NCBI GenBank assembly: GCA_963663035.1
Contig: OY760074.1
Span: forward strand, 992,001-1,056,000
Length of the DNA: 64,000 nucleotides
Direction of reading: 5' to 3'
Origin: Acidobacteriota bacterium
GTDB taxonomy: Bacteria; Acidobacteriota; UBA6911; RPQK01; JADFOI01
Shown here: positions 17,332 to 28,072 of the stretch, piece after piece
How positions within the stretch are numbered: the first letter of the stretch is position 1
How the letters are laid out: each line of letters opens with the position of its first letter
Translations under genes and position numbers: made by a program
Notes under the pieces: model-generated
Databases searched by the model: none
Told to the model about the DNA's origin: nothing
The model's input: the letters and a program-made list of their open reading frames with translations, nothing else

Positions 17332-18771
17332 ATGACAAGCCTGGCTCGAAAGTCTCTATTCGTTCTGGCAGGTATCGTAGTTGTGGTGGTCTTGGGGGCC
17401 GGCATTTTCCTGTTGACCTTCGATGCCGATCAATACTGCGGATATATCCTGGAGCCTCTCAGCCAGACGTTGGGAAGGCCTGTGGAGGCCGCGGGTCTTG
17501 AGCTGGGTCTGTTCCCATTGAGCTTAACCCTCAACGACATCCGAGTAGCCAAGAGCGCCGATATGAGCGGGGAAGACCTCTTGAGCGCCCAGGCCGTGGA
17601 AGTCCAGGTCACTCTCTCATCGCTTTTGAGTGGTGCCCCGGTGGTGAGCGGCCAGATCAGTCTCTCGGATGCTACGGTGCAGCCCGATGGTTGGAGTCGT
17701 CCTTTCACCATCCAGCAAGCCGATCTGGAATTCGGTCCCGATCAGGTGGAGCTGCAGAATCTGCAGGTGACGATAGCGGGGGGGACGCTTGAAGGCTTTC
17801 TGCGGGTGAACGATTGGGACGCTCCCAAGGTTGTCTTTGAGTTGAGCGGGGATTATTTTGACGTGACCGAGTTACAGAACTCGATGGGCTACTCCCAGGA
17901 ACCTTCTGGAAGGGGAGCCGGGGAAGCGGGTCAAGGGATGACCTGGTTCAACAAGGTGACTGGGGAAGGACAGTTGAAGCTGGGCCAACTCAAACACGGA
18001 ACTCTGATACTCGAGCCCTTTGAAGCAGCCGTCCAAATCGCGGAAGGACAGGTGATCTGTGAACCCATCAGCTTTGGCCTCTATGGCGGAACGGGCAGTG
18101 GTCGATTGCAAATCGACCTTTCCAAATCCGAGCCGTCCAGCACATTCAGCGTTGAACTGGAGAAGGTCGATGCCAACCAGATGCTCTCCGCCAACACCGA
18201 GTCCAAAGACAGGCTGTTTGGGAATTTGCATGCCTCCCTCGAGCTGGCTGCCAGTGGTGGTGAGCGAGACAGGATCTTTCAGACAGCCAACGGCCAGGGA
18301 ACGCTTCAGCTCACCGAGGGGGGGCTGGGTGCGCTGAACCTGGGGAAGGAGTTGGCCGACCTCAATAGTCTGGTGGGCTTGCCCTTCACCGAGACGGGTA
18401 CCCAACTGGAAGAGTTCTTTACCACGTTTTCGGTCGAGGACGGCTGGATCCGCACCGAGGATCTTCTGATCAGGACACCGAAGTTGGCCATGGGCGCTGT
18501 GGGGAGGTTGAGTCTCAGCGGAGAACTCGACTTCGAGGCCTCAGCGGCCTTCACTCCTGAAGCCAGCCAGCAGCTGTCCAACCCCCTGGCGAGCCTGTTT
18601 AGCAGTCTCTTCACCGATCAATACAACCGAATCGTGATTCCCTTTGACATCCAGGGCAACTTCAAGCAACCGCAGTTCAAGTTGGATGCGGGCCGCCTGG
18701 CCATGATTCGGCTCGGTGTCTTTTTGACCAAACCTCCGGAACCTGCCCAGGAGGAGACGACCCCGGAATAA
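17332..18771 (+). CDS. AsmA family protein
   Basis: N-terminal TM anchor then FDADQY...LGRPV; LYGG motif; C-terminal IPFDIQGNFKQP. Confidence 0.8.
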   Translation: MTSLARKSLFVLAGIVVVVVLGAGIFLLTFDADQYCGYILEPLSQTLGRPVEAAGLELGLFPLSLTLNDIRVAKSADMSGEDLLSAQAVEVQVTLSSLLSGAPVVSGQISLSDATVQPDGWSRPFTIQQADLEFGPDQVELQNLQVTIAGGTLEGFLRVNDWDAPKVVFELSGDYFDVTELQNSMGYSQEPSGRGAGEAGQGMTWFNKVTGEGQLKLGQLKHGTLILEPFEAAVQIAEGQVICEPISFGLYGGTGSGRLQIDLSKSEPSSTFSVELEKVDANQMLSANTESKDRLFGNLHASLELAASGGERDRIFQTANGQGTLQLTEGGLGALNLGKELADLNSLVGLPFTETGTQLEEFFTTFSVEDGWIRTEDLLIRTPKLAMGAVGRLSLSGELDFEASAAFTPEASQQLSNPLASLFSSLFTDQYNRIVIPFDIQGNFKQPQFKLDAGRLAMIRLGVFLTKPPEPAQEETTPE

Positions 18772-18775
18772 GGCT

Positions 18776-19108
18776 ATGAAACACCAGATCGGACCCTTTC
18801 TTATCCTGATGGTGCTGGTGGCTGCTTGCCAGAGTTCCACCAGCCCACCCTCAGAGCTCAGGGTCGGTTTGAGCAAGGCCGAAGTGCTCGAGTTGCTGGG
18901 CCAACCCGGGGTGAGAGGCACCCTGGTCAAGCAAACCGAATCCATCTGGGGACCACAGGAGGAGTGGTGGGATCAGGTTGAGATGGGGGCTTCCCTTGAA
19001 ACCTGGTCATACCTCTATCCCGGAGAGGGAACTCAGTTCGTCTATTTCCTGGACGAGTCGGATACCGTGTCCTTCACGGCCTATACTCCAGAGGGGGTTG
19101 TCTATTGA
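18776..19108 (+). CDS. Small lipoprotein (SmpA/BamE-like fold possible)
   Basis: LVAAC lipobox; LRVGLSKAEVLELLGQP...ETWSY. Confidence 0.7.
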   Translation: MKHQIGPFLILMVLVAACQSSTSPPSELRVGLSKAEVLELLGQPGVRGTLVKQTESIWGPQEEWWDQVEMGASLETWSYLYPGEGTQFVYFLDESDTVSFTAYTPEGVVY

Positions 19109-20070
19109 CCGGTCCCCTCTGAACCGGTCCAGTGGTATTGTTTCCTGTGGTAAATTTCGCCGACGGTCTGGGTGCAGATGACTTTAATGGTGCGGAATGT
19201 TTTGTCGGAGAGGGCGGGAGGTCGAAAGGTCAGAATATACTGGCTTTTCAATTCCTCGGCCACTTGCAGGTAACTGCTCCTGAGATCTTCCAGCTTTTCT
19301 GGGAAGAAAACTCTACCGCCGGTAGCCTCGGCTAACTGAGAGAGGGAGATTTCTTTTTCTCGAAAATAAAGCTCAATAAAGTCCGACTCCTCGTGGAGTA
19401 CGTTTTTCATCACCTGATTGAGAAAGTCCACTCGCTCGCTGGTTTTAACCTTGGGTTGGACCAGGCGCGTGCGGCTCACGATGTAAAGTGAGATGTTGGA
19501 TTCAATGAGATAGTTCAGGACATCATCGGATGTGGACCGGCTTTCATTATCGAGTCCGTCAGTGAGAAGGATGATGACCCTTTTCCCGGGCAGGTCAACC
19601 AGTCTTTCACGGGCTGTAGAAAGCAGTGCATCGTAGAGCGCCGTTCGATAGCCACGCTCCAGGTGTTTGAGTGACTTTCGCACCTCTTCCCGGTCATTGG
19701 TCCAATCCTGCAGCAATTCCAGCTGGTCGGAAAAGGAAATAATGGCAATTCTGTCCTCTCTGCCGAAGGCTTGGGCAAACTGCAGGGCGGCCTCGCGGAT
19801 CTCTTCCAGCTCTTCCCGAAGACTGCTGCTGACATCCAGCAGAAGGGTGACATGGATGGCTGTTTTGTCGAGAAGGAAGTTCTGGATGGGCCGCGGCTCA
19901 TCCTCATCCAGAAGGATGAACTGCTCTCGAGTCAGGTTGGTGAGAACCCGACCCTTGGCGTCCAGGACACTGACGGGAACCTTGATGTAGTCGGCCCGGA
20001 CTTTGAATGAAGGTGTGTCTTGAGCAAGAAGCAGGGGACAGCAGAGAAAAATCCAGGCCAGGCGGCGCAT
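19102..20070 (-). CDS. VWA domain protein (acidobacterial VWFA-related)
   Basis: MIDAS DVSSS, TALYDA, LLTDGLD. The true start is MRRLAW at 20070; the ORF-track extension runs into a repeat. Confidence 0.9.
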   Translation of the reverse strand: MRRLAWIFLCCPLLLAQDTPSFKVRADYIKVPVSVLDAKGRVLTNLTREQFILLDEDEPRPIQNFLLDKTAIHVTLLLDVSSSLREELEEIREAALQFAQAFGREDRIAIISFSDQLELLQDWTNDREEVRKSLKHLERGYRTALYDALLSTARERLVDLPGKRVIILLTDGLDNESRSTSDDVLNYLIESNISLYIVSRTRLVQPKVKTSERVDFLNQVMKNVLHEESDFIELYFREKEISLSQLAEATGGRVFFPEKLEDLRSSYLQVAEELKSQYILTFRPPALSDKTFRTIKVICTQTVGEIYHRKQYHWTGSEGTGQ

Positions 20071-20098
20071 GACCCCATTATAGTACCAAGACCATCCC

Positions 20099-20300
20099 AA
20101 GCCCACACTTCTCACACCAGGTCGTCGCGAAGCGGCGAAAGGACCGGAAAACAGAGCCGTGGGCTTTAGCCCACGGGCCCGCAGGCTAAAGCCTGCGGCT
20201 CCGACTGGCGCGCGAGGGGTACCCGCTTGCGGGTCGCGCAACGCAGTCAGGTCGTATCATTGCGCCGATGCAGTAGACCTGGTGTGAGAAGTGCGGGCTA
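20099..20300. mobile_element. MITE-like element, family B, with internal REP-like hairpins
   Basis: TIRs AGCCC(A/G)CACTTCTCACACCAGG / CCTGGTGTGAGAAGTGCGGGCT; closely similar to 41902-42164 and (rc) 49921-50122. Confidence 0.85.
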
Positions 20301-20316
20301 AACGAGGGGCGAAGGG

Positions 20317-21792
20317 CTACGGTTTCCATCTGAGCTGGGGAGAGCGGGCGGCCCGCACTTCGTCCAGGCGGGTCAGCTTGGCCGTGGTTGGGGCACTGGT
20401 GACCAAGTCGGGGTCGTCCCTGGCCTCACGGCTGATGGCAATCATGGCCTCAATGAAAGCATCCAATTCCTCTTTGCTGTGGCTCTCGGTGGGCTCGATC
20501 ATGAGCGCTCCCTGGACGATCAAAGGGAAATAAGTGGTGGGGGGATGGAAGCCGTAGTCGATTAATCTTTTGGCGATGTCCAGTGTCGTCACGCCCGTTT
20601 TGTTCTGCCTCTTGTCCGAGAAAACGACCTCGTGCAGGATGGGGGTGTCATAGGGAAGATCGTAGTATCCCTCCAGCCGCCGCCGAATGTAGTTGGCGCT
20701 CAGGACGGCCATTCCGCTCAATTCCTTCAGTCCTTCTCGACCACAGCTGAGGATGTAGCAAAGAGCCCGCACCGCCATCCCGAAATTGCCATAAAAAGCA
20801 TGGACACGGCCGATGCTGGCGGGCTCATCGGAGTTGAGTCGATACTGCCCTCCCTCCTGCTCCACCCGGGGCACCGGCAAGTAGGGTGAAAGATCTTTCT
20901 TGCAGGCCACCGGACCGCTGCCTGGCCCGCCCCCGCCGTGAGGGGTGGAAAGCGTCTTGTGGAGGTTGAGGTGAAGCACATCGATTCCCATCTCGCCCGG
21001 CCGAGCATAGCCCATCAAGGCGTTCAAATTGGCGCCGTCCATATAAATGAGTCCACCCTGGTGGTGGACAACCTGGGCGATCTCCTCGATCTGTGTTTCA
21101 AAAATCCCCATGGTATTGGGGTTGGTCAGCATCAGACAGGCCACCTCTTCTGTCATTTTCTCCTTCAGCACCTCAACGTCGATCCTGCCCTCTGCATTTG
21201 AGGGGATGGAGATCACCTCATAGCCAGCCAGGACGGCGCTGGCCGGATTGGTTCCGTGGGCCGAGTCGGGAATCAGGACAAATCGACGAGGGTCCCCCTG
21301 GCGGGAAAGATGACAGGCGCGGATCATTAAGATGCCCGTGAACTCGGCCTGAGCCCCTCCTGCAGGCTGCAGACTCACCGCGTCCATGGCGGTCAGTTCC
21401 TTCAGGGTTTCCTGGAGCCTGAAGAGAATCTCCAGGTTGCCCTGACTGTGCTGATCCCCTTGAAGCGGATGGGTCAAGGCGATATCGGAGAGGCGAGCAA
21501 CTCGTTCGTTGAGCTTGGGGTTGTACTTCATGCTGCAGGAGCCCAGTGGGTACATCCCCAGGTCGATGTGGTAGTTCCAGGTGGAGAGCCGGGTGTAATG
21601 GCGTATCAACTCGACCTCGCTGACCTCGGGAAAACCCTGGACCTCCTGGCGCAGATATTTGGAATCCAGGATTTCCTCCACCGGGACATCCTCAACATCC
21701 AGGGGAGGAAGAGTGTAGGCGGCTTTCCCGGGGCCTGATTTGTCAAAAATCAGCGGCTCGTTCAGGTTAAAGGTAACGGATGTTCGTTTCAC
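20317..21792 (-). CDS. gcvPB: Glycine dehydrogenase (decarboxylating) subunit 2
   Basis: YPLGSCSMKYNP, SAHGTNPAS, HLNLHKTLSTPHGGGGPG. Confidence 0.96.
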   Translation of the reverse strand: MKRTSVTFNLNEPLIFDKSGPGKAAYTLPPLDVEDVPVEEILDSKYLRQEVQGFPEVSEVELIRHYTRLSTWNYHIDLGMYPLGSCSMKYNPKLNERVARLSDIALTHPLQGDQHSQGNLEILFRLQETLKELTAMDAVSLQPAGGAQAEFTGILMIRACHLSRQGDPRRFVLIPDSAHGTNPASAVLAGYEVISIPSNAEGRIDVEVLKEKMTEEVACLMLTNPNTMGIFETQIEEIAQVVHHQGGLIYMDGANLNALMGYARPGEMGIDVLHLNLHKTLSTPHGGGGPGSGPVACKKDLSPYLPVPRVEQEGGQYRLNSDEPASIGRVHAFYGNFGMAVRALCYILSCGREGLKELSGMAVLSANYIRRRLEGYYDLPYDTPILHEVVFSDKRQNKTGVTTLDIAKRLIDYGFHPPTTYFPLIVQGALMIEPTESHSKEELDAFIEAMIAISREARDDPDLVTSAPTTAKLTRLDEVRAARSPQLRWKP

Positions 21793-23132
21793 AGCGGGAC
21801 TTCTACACCTTTCAAGATTTCCGCAAAGCGTTGTATTTTTTCGAGACTGTTCTGCTCGGTCACGCAGACCAGCATCTGGTTGGACCGCTCAGGAAAATAT
21901 CTCCCCAGGGGAAGGCCCCCGATGATCCCCTCGCCGGCGAGTCGGCGATTGATCTCCTCGGGATCCTCAGCGCAGTCCACCACCATTTCGTTGAAAGTGG
22001 CTCCGGAAAAAGCCAGGGAATCACCCAGTAATTTCCGCAAAGAGAAAGCCTTCTTGAGATTCTGCTCGGCTAGCTCTCGGATCCCACCCTTACCCAGAGT
22101 GGTGAGGAAAACGGCAGCAATCAAGGCACACAGGCCTTGATTGGTACAGATATTGGAGGTCGCCTTCTGGCGGCGGATGTGTTGCTCTCGAGTGGCCAGC
22201 GTCAGGACGAAGCCTGGCCGCCCCAGACTGTCGACGGTTTGACCCACCAGCCGGCCCGGCATTTGGCGCTTGTACTTGTCCTTGGTGGCAAAGAGACCCA
22301 GATAGGGTCCTCCAAATCCCAGAGGGATGCCCAGGGATTGCCCCTCTCCCACCACGATGTCTGCACCCAGTTCCCCCGGAGGTTTGAGAAGTCCCATTGA
22401 GAGGGCCTCGGTCACCACGACGATGGACAGAGCGCCTGCCCTCTCGCACAGACGACTTGCGGCCTCCACTTCATCCAGGACTCCAAAGAAGTTGGGGGAC
22501 TGAATCACCACGGCAGCATGATCCTCACTCAGGAGCTGCTCCAGACTTTCCAAGCAAATGCATCCCGATTCCGTGAAAGGGAGGTCCTCTATCTGGATAT
22601 CCAGGTTGGCGGTATAGGTTTCCAGGACTCTCCGGTACTCCGGGTGCACGCTTTGGGGGATCAGTATCTTCTGTCGCTTGGTCGTGCGAACGGCCATGAG
22701 CACACCCTCGGCCAGCGCGCTGCTTCCGTCATAGAGGCTGGCGTTGGCAACTTCCATTCCGGTGAGCTGACAGATGAGTGTTTGAAACTCAAAGGTGGCT
22801 TGCAGCGTTCCCTGGCTGATCTCGGGTTGGTAAGGGGTATAGCAGGTGTAGAACTCGGCTCGCGAAATGACCGAGTCAATCAGGGTGGGGAGAAAGTGAT
22901 TGTAGGCTCCCGCTCCCAGAAAGTACTCGAAGTTTTCGGCGGAGGCGTTTTTCTGGCCCAGGGCCCGAAAATACTTGAGGATGTCGGTCTCGGAAGCAGC
23001 CTCCGGAATGTCGAGGGTCTCCCTGAGCCTCAGATTCTCAGGAATCGTCCCAAAGAGATCTTCCACGCGATCCACTCCGGTGACTTGCAGCATCAACCGC
23101 TTTTCTTCCGGTGTGATCGAAACGTAGCGCAT
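21789..23132 (-). CDS. gcvPA: Glycine dehydrogenase subunit 1
   Basis: YTPYQPEISQGTLQ, REQHIRRQKATSNICTNQ. Confidence 0.96.
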   Translation of the reverse strand: MRYVSITPEEKRLMLQVTGVDRVEDLFGTIPENLRLRETLDIPEAASETDILKYFRALGQKNASAENFEYFLGAGAYNHFLPTLIDSVISRAEFYTCYTPYQPEISQGTLQATFEFQTLICQLTGMEVANASLYDGSSALAEGVLMAVRTTKRQKILIPQSVHPEYRRVLETYTANLDIQIEDLPFTESGCICLESLEQLLSEDHAAVVIQSPNFFGVLDEVEAASRLCERAGALSIVVVTEALSMGLLKPPGELGADIVVGEGQSLGIPLGFGGPYLGLFATKDKYKRQMPGRLVGQTVDSLGRPGFVLTLATREQHIRRQKATSNICTNQGLCALIAAVFLTTLGKGGIRELAEQNLKKAFSLRKLLGDSLAFSGATFNEMVVDCAEDPEEINRRLAGEGIIGGLPLGRYFPERSNQMLVCVTEQNSLEKIQRFAEILKGVEVPL

Positions 23133-23135
23133 CGA

Positions 23136-23528
23136 CTACTCCTGTGACTCGTCCTGGACATATTGCGAGTACGCCTGGGAAGACATGAGCCCCTTCAGTT
23201 CGGTCGGGTCTTCCAGACGGGTGCGAATGATCCAACCCTCACCGTAAGGATCGTCATTCACTCGCTGGGGGGAGTCCACCAACGCTTGGTTGATCTCCAC
23301 AATCTCCCCGGAAACCGGCATGTAGATCTCCGAGACCGCCTTGACGGACTCCACGGTGCCAAACGGATCGGTAGCGCTAAAGGTTGCACCCACCTCCGGC
23401 AGTTCAACGAATACCACGTCTCCCAGCTCGGCCTGAGCGTAATCCGTGATTCCAATGGTGACGATGTCATCTTCCCGCAGGACCCACTCGTGTTCATGGC
23501 TGTACAAAAGTTCATCTGGAGCGTTCAT
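23136..23528 (-). CDS. gcvH: Glycine cleavage system H protein
   Basis: HEW, GITDYAQ.ELGDVVFV, lipoyl motif VESVKA. Confidence 0.97.
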   Translation of the reverse strand: MNAPDELLYSHEHEWVLREDDIVTIGITDYAQAELGDVVFVELPEVGATFSATDPFGTVESVKAVSEIYMPVSGEIVEINQALVDSPQRVNDDPYGEGWIIRTRLEDPTELKGLMSSQAYSQYVQDESQE

Positions 23529-23739
23529 CTGTCTCCCTCCTCGTGCTTTCCTCTCAGGAGAGCATCCAACATGTCAAAAGTGTCAATTCTTTTATCCCAA
23601 GTGGAGATTGGAATCAACTCAGAAGACCGGGGTCATCATATCAACAAGCCATACCTTTTTGGACAGATTGATCCCATGCTGCACTGCATGTTAGATTGCA
23701 TGATCCTGGACACGAACGTTCTCCAGCGATAAACAGAGC

Positions 23740-24168
23740 ATGAAAGTCGAAGAAGCTACCGAAGTTACTGCAGAATTAGTCGAAGCTTTCAGCCAGCTCA
23801 CCGGCCAGCTGAGCCGCTCGGCTCCGCCGCCCGGAGAGCAGCAGCTTGGGGAGATCGTCAGCTCCACTGCCACCCGCCTGCTGGTGGCAAGAGTCGATGG
23901 AGCGATCGTGGGAAGCCTGACCCTGGCCTTGTTCCGGATTCCTACGGGTGTGCGGGCGTGGATTGAAGATGTGGTCGTGGATGAGTCCGTTCGTGGACGG
24001 GGAATTGGAGAAGCGCTGAATCGAGAAGCCTTGAGAATAGCCAAGGATCATGGTGCCAGGAGCGTGGACTTGACGTCTCGGCCTAGCCGGGAAGCGGCCA
24101 ACCGCTTATACCAGCGCTTGGGTTTCAAGGCACGAGAGACCAACGTCTACAGATATTCGTTTGAGTGA
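23740..24168 (+). CDS. GNAT family N-acetyltransferase
   Basis: IEDVVVD...RGRGIG, LTSRPSREAANRLYQRLGF. Confidence 0.92.
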   Translation: MKVEEATEVTAELVEAFSQLTGQLSRSAPPPGEQQLGEIVSSTATRLLVARVDGAIVGSLTLALFRIPTGVRAWIEDVVVDESVRGRGIGEALNREALRIAKDHGARSVDLTSRPSREAANRLYQRLGFKARETNVYRYSFE

Positions 24169-24193
24169 AGCGGTTGCTGCAGATAGAGGGTGA

Positions 24194-25363
24194 ATGAAGA
24201 AACCGATTCCGGTTCAGACTTGTTTGCTGGCCTTGGCGCTTTCGACGTTCGCGCTGGGAGTACAAATCTCCCCAGGTTCCTTTTCCTATCAGTATGTCGG
24301 CCTGCGTTTCCCGGCACCGACCGGTTGGTACCTGGCAACCGACAGTGAGGTCTCCCAAGGTCTCCAGGAAGGCGCCCAGATCGTGGGAGTGGACAGTCCG
24401 CAAATCCAGGCCGTCGTGGAGCAAATGCCTGGTAAGGTCCTCGTATGGGTTTCAGAACAGCCTCCAGGCAGCGATTTTGAGGGTATCAATCGCAATATCC
24501 TCGTTGCTGCCATTGACGTACGAGGTCACCGCGATGAGTTTGCCAGCGGAGCTGACTTCCTGAAAGCGGGTTCTCAAGTGATGAAGGAGTCACTGCCAGA
24601 GGCAGAGATCTCAGAAATCTCCGTACAGCGGTTGGGCGGTGAGGACTTCCATAAACTTGAGCTTCTCCTTCCAGCGGAGGAGCTGACGATACATCAATGG
24701 CAGCTGGCGCGGATCCACAATGATTATCTGGTTATCCTGAATGTGAGCGCGGAAAGCCCCAGCGGCATCGAAGAACTCTTTCAAATATCGGATGGGTTGA
24801 GCTTCTTTGAGGTTTCTCAGGAGGTTGACAGTAGCGCCGAAGGCCAATCATTCAGAAACCAGGCAGCCATTGTGTTTCCTCCTTCCTCGGGCGGCAATCT
24901 GCTCAGGACTTGGGGAATCGTACTCATGGTCCTGGGAGTCATCTGGTACCTCACGTCACTTGGCGGATCAAAAAAGGAGGAAAGTCTTATGTCCCACAAA
25001 GGAAAGGTACAGCTTACCGTCATCTTCACGGCCACTCCCGACCTGGTCGAGCAGGGTGATCAGATTTTTGAGAGCCACGCCCAGTGGATGGAGGAATCAC
25101 ACCATCGCGAGGGTGACAAGGCCCTTCTGCGATACAACGTCTCCAAGGGAGCGGAGTTGTCCAACCCCCTGGACCCGTCATCCGCACCGACCGGCAACAC
25201 CTCCTTCGTCCTGATGGAAGTGTACGAGAGCCAGGCCGGCATGGATGACCACTGGAAGCAGGGCACTGAGAACTGGGCGGACTTTTCCAACTTCGGAGCC
25301 TGGGCCAGCCAATGTCAGGTGACGACGCTGCACGGGTCGCCGGTCATCCATTCGCTCTGGTAA
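24194..25363 (+). CDS. Exported/TM hypothetical protein fused in frame to a ~124-aa cytoplasmic protein with its own internal start at 24989
   Basis: Signal peptide, TM near residue 245, then RBS AAGGAGG (24974-24980) and in-frame ATG 24989 (MSHKGKVQLTVIF...). Confidence 0.7.
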   Translation: MKKPIPVQTCLLALALSTFALGVQISPGSFSYQYVGLRFPAPTGWYLATDSEVSQGLQEGAQIVGVDSPQIQAVVEQMPGKVLVWVSEQPPGSDFEGINRNILVAAIDVRGHRDEFASGADFLKAGSQVMKESLPEAEISEISVQRLGGEDFHKLELLLPAEELTIHQWQLARIHNDYLVILNVSAESPSGIEELFQISDGLSFFEVSQEVDSSAEGQSFRNQAAIVFPPSSGGNLLRTWGIVLMVLGVIWYLTSLGGSKKEESLMSHKGKVQLTVIFTATPDLVEQGDQIFESHAQWMEESHHREGDKALLRYNVSKGAELSNPLDPSSAPTGNTSFVLMEVYESQAGMDDHWKQGTENWADFSNFGAWASQCQVTTLHGSPVIHSLW

Positions 25364-25370
25364 CCCGCGG

Positions 25371-28072
25371 CTAGTTCGAAGGCACCAGGCGCTTGAGTTC
25401 CTCAAACCAGTTGAGGACGACGTTGAGCTGTGGTGCTTCGACTTCCTGTGATTCTTCCTGAACCATGAGAAAGCGCTGGCCGTCGGCTGAGACGTCATAT
25501 TGGGCAGTGGTCGGTGAACTAGACCTTCTGTAGGGTCCCTCGAAGAGTTGCCGGGGTGTGCCCGTGCGGAAGGAGGGCTGTGTCGTAATCTCTACGGCCA
25601 TCATCCCATCTCCGCTGCGATAGAAGAGTTCGTCCCCACTGTGAGCCCACTTGGTTTCTCGACCCCCATCGGTTGAAATCTGCCACTTCGCTTCCTGAAG
25701 GTTAGGGAAGGGCCGAACGTAGACTTCGTTGCGACCTGACTCATTGGAGGCATAGGCGAGATACCGCCCGTCTGGCGAGAACTGAGCATCGAATTCAACC
25801 GCAGGTGTTTGAAGGACCGGTCGAGCTTGCTGCGGGTCATCCAGTGGCAATAGCCACACATCCTGAGCGGTCGTTGGATCCGCATGCAAGAAAGCCAGCA
25901 ATTTACCGTCGGGGGAGAAAGAGTGAGGGAGCTGAATTTCAGGTCTTGCTAAAAGCAGCTCCTCTTTTCCGCTGCCGTCCACCGGGATCCAGTACAGATC
26001 ATACGGTTCCGCCCGGTTGGAGGCATACACCACCCGCTTGCCGTCAGGGGCCCAGAGAGGCCAGCCGTCGTTTCCTTCAAAGGTCAGGCGGTTGAAGGTC
26101 TTGTCGATCAGATCGTAGATCCACAGGCTGGGCTGAAGCGCACCCAGCTTGACGAGCAGCTGACGACCATCTGGCGAAAGCCGCGGATATTCATAAGGGC
26201 CTGGAGGCAGGTCCAACGGCTCGGCCTCTCCCTCTCGATTCACCCAGACCAACGATCTCGCGGTGCTGCGGAGACCCCCTGGGAGGTACACCAGGGTTCC
26301 CAGACGGGAAACGCTCCACCCTGCTGTGTCGCCCCTGATTGTCACAACGCCTTCAACGATGGGTACAGGAGTTCCGGTCAACTCCAGCCGCTCCGCGTCA
26401 AAGGGGACCGCCATGAGTGTTCCCGCCATCCTGGGCTGGACATAAAGCAGATGCCCGCTGGATACGTAGCGGGCCTGGCTGCCTCCTTCTATCAGGACCC
26501 TCCGCTCGCCCGTTTGCAACGACTGGGCCACGATCTGGACGTCTTGATAAGTGGCGCCGTAGGCTGTAAAAAGCACCACCTCTCCACCCGGAAGGAGGTG
26601 GGGTAAACGGTGACTGGTCTCCCCTTTGTCAGAATCCAACGTGGTGATGGGTTGGGGCGTCCCTCCCTCGGCTGAGACCTGCGAAAGACCCGTACCCCGT
26701 GCGTCGGGGGTAAACACGATGGTACCGTTTTCCCCCCAACTTCCCCCTCGACCCCCGGTAGCATCGGACAGGACCACCGGCAGTCCACCGCTGGTGGAAA
26801 CTTTCTTCAGCTTGCCCCCGGCAAAAACCCCACCCATCGCCCATCGGGCGAGAAGAAAGGACGATTGGCGTCTTCTGTGTCGGGAACGACTTTGGTCTCT
26901 AGGCTCTCCATAGCCCGCAAATAAAGCTGCCTGACTCCACTTCCCTGACTGGTGAAAGCGAGGTGACTTCCGTCTGGTGAGAGAACCAGACTCTCCGCTG
27001 ACGGCCGTAAACCGGTTGGCAGCGGCAGCACAAACCGAGCTATCGAGCCAGTCGCCGTGTCGGGTGCGGGTGCGAGAGTCCAGATGGCAAGGCTTGCCAT
27101 GATGGCTCCCACCAACAGGGCAGCCACCAGGGGGAGGGTGGGGCGCCAGCCCCGTCGGGCCGGGATCGCCGTGGCGGGAGTGAGAGCCTTTAGGATCTCA
27201 CCCGTGAACTCCTGGGAGTCTCCGCCTTCCGCGATCAGCTCTGCCAGGTCCGTCCTCACTTCATGGACGAGCTGATAACGCTGATCCGGGTCCTTGGCCA
27301 GCATCTTTTTGACGGTGTGCTGAAGGAGGACGGGGATGTCCTCTCTGTAGCGAGTCAGAGGGGGAGGAGTTTCACCCAAAATGGCATGGGCCGTTTCCAT
27401 GGCCAAACCCTTCTTTAGGGGATTCACCCCGCTGAGCATCTCATAAAGCACCAGACCAAAGGAGAAGATATCGGATCGAAGATCGACCTGTTCACCACGC
27501 ACCTGCTCAGGGGACATGTAGGGAATCGTCCCTAGACTGGCACCCTCCCGAGTCAGGGCGGTGGTGATCTCCTGCTTCTCCTGACCCTCGACCGGACTCA
27601 CTCGCTTGGCCAGGCCGAAGTCCATCATTTTCACGTGGCGTTCAGAGGTGAGCATGATGTTGGACGGTTTCAAGTCTCGATGGACGATGCCTTGCCTGTG
27701 TGCCCCTTCCAGAGCCTCGGCGATCTCCACTGCCATCTCTAGCGCATCCTTTAAAGGTAGCGGACCTTCCAGCAGTCGCTCGCCCAGGGTCTGTCCCTGG
27801 ATGTACTCCATGGCGATGAAGGATCTGTTATCCGCTTCTTGAACCTCGTAGATCTTGCAGATAAAGGGGTGGTCCAGAGCGGCCGCTGACTTGGCTTCCC
27901 GCAGAAAGCGCTTTCTAGCAGTGGAGTCCTGCTGCAGCTCCTGGGGCAGGAATTTCAGCGCCACTTTGCGATCCAGCCTCGTATCCTGAGCCAGGAAGAC
28001 CTCTCCCATGCCGCCTTCTCCGATCTTTTTCAGGATCTTGTAGTGAGATATCGTCTCTCCGACCAATGGCAT
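25371..28072 (-). pseudogene. Hanks-type Ser/Thr kinase + TM + TolB/PD40 beta-propeller, frameshifted at ~26823-26827
   Basis: Kinase motifs GEGGMG, HRDLKPSN, DFG, GTIPYMSPEQ. The repeat FFSPDGRWVGF continues as FAGGKLKKV in another frame; one T is missing from a T5 run. Confidence 0.85.

Noticed and set aside
20071-20241. N-terminal extension of the VWA ORF and small ORFs at 34621-34962, 41962-42165, 43192-43470 and 43305-43796
   Set aside because: These are translations of MITE/REP sequence or antisense overlaps, not credible proteins.
23530-23740. Glycine riboswitch upstream of gcvH
   Set aside because: CTCTCAGG occurs only on the wrong strand, and the other aptamer motifs are absent.
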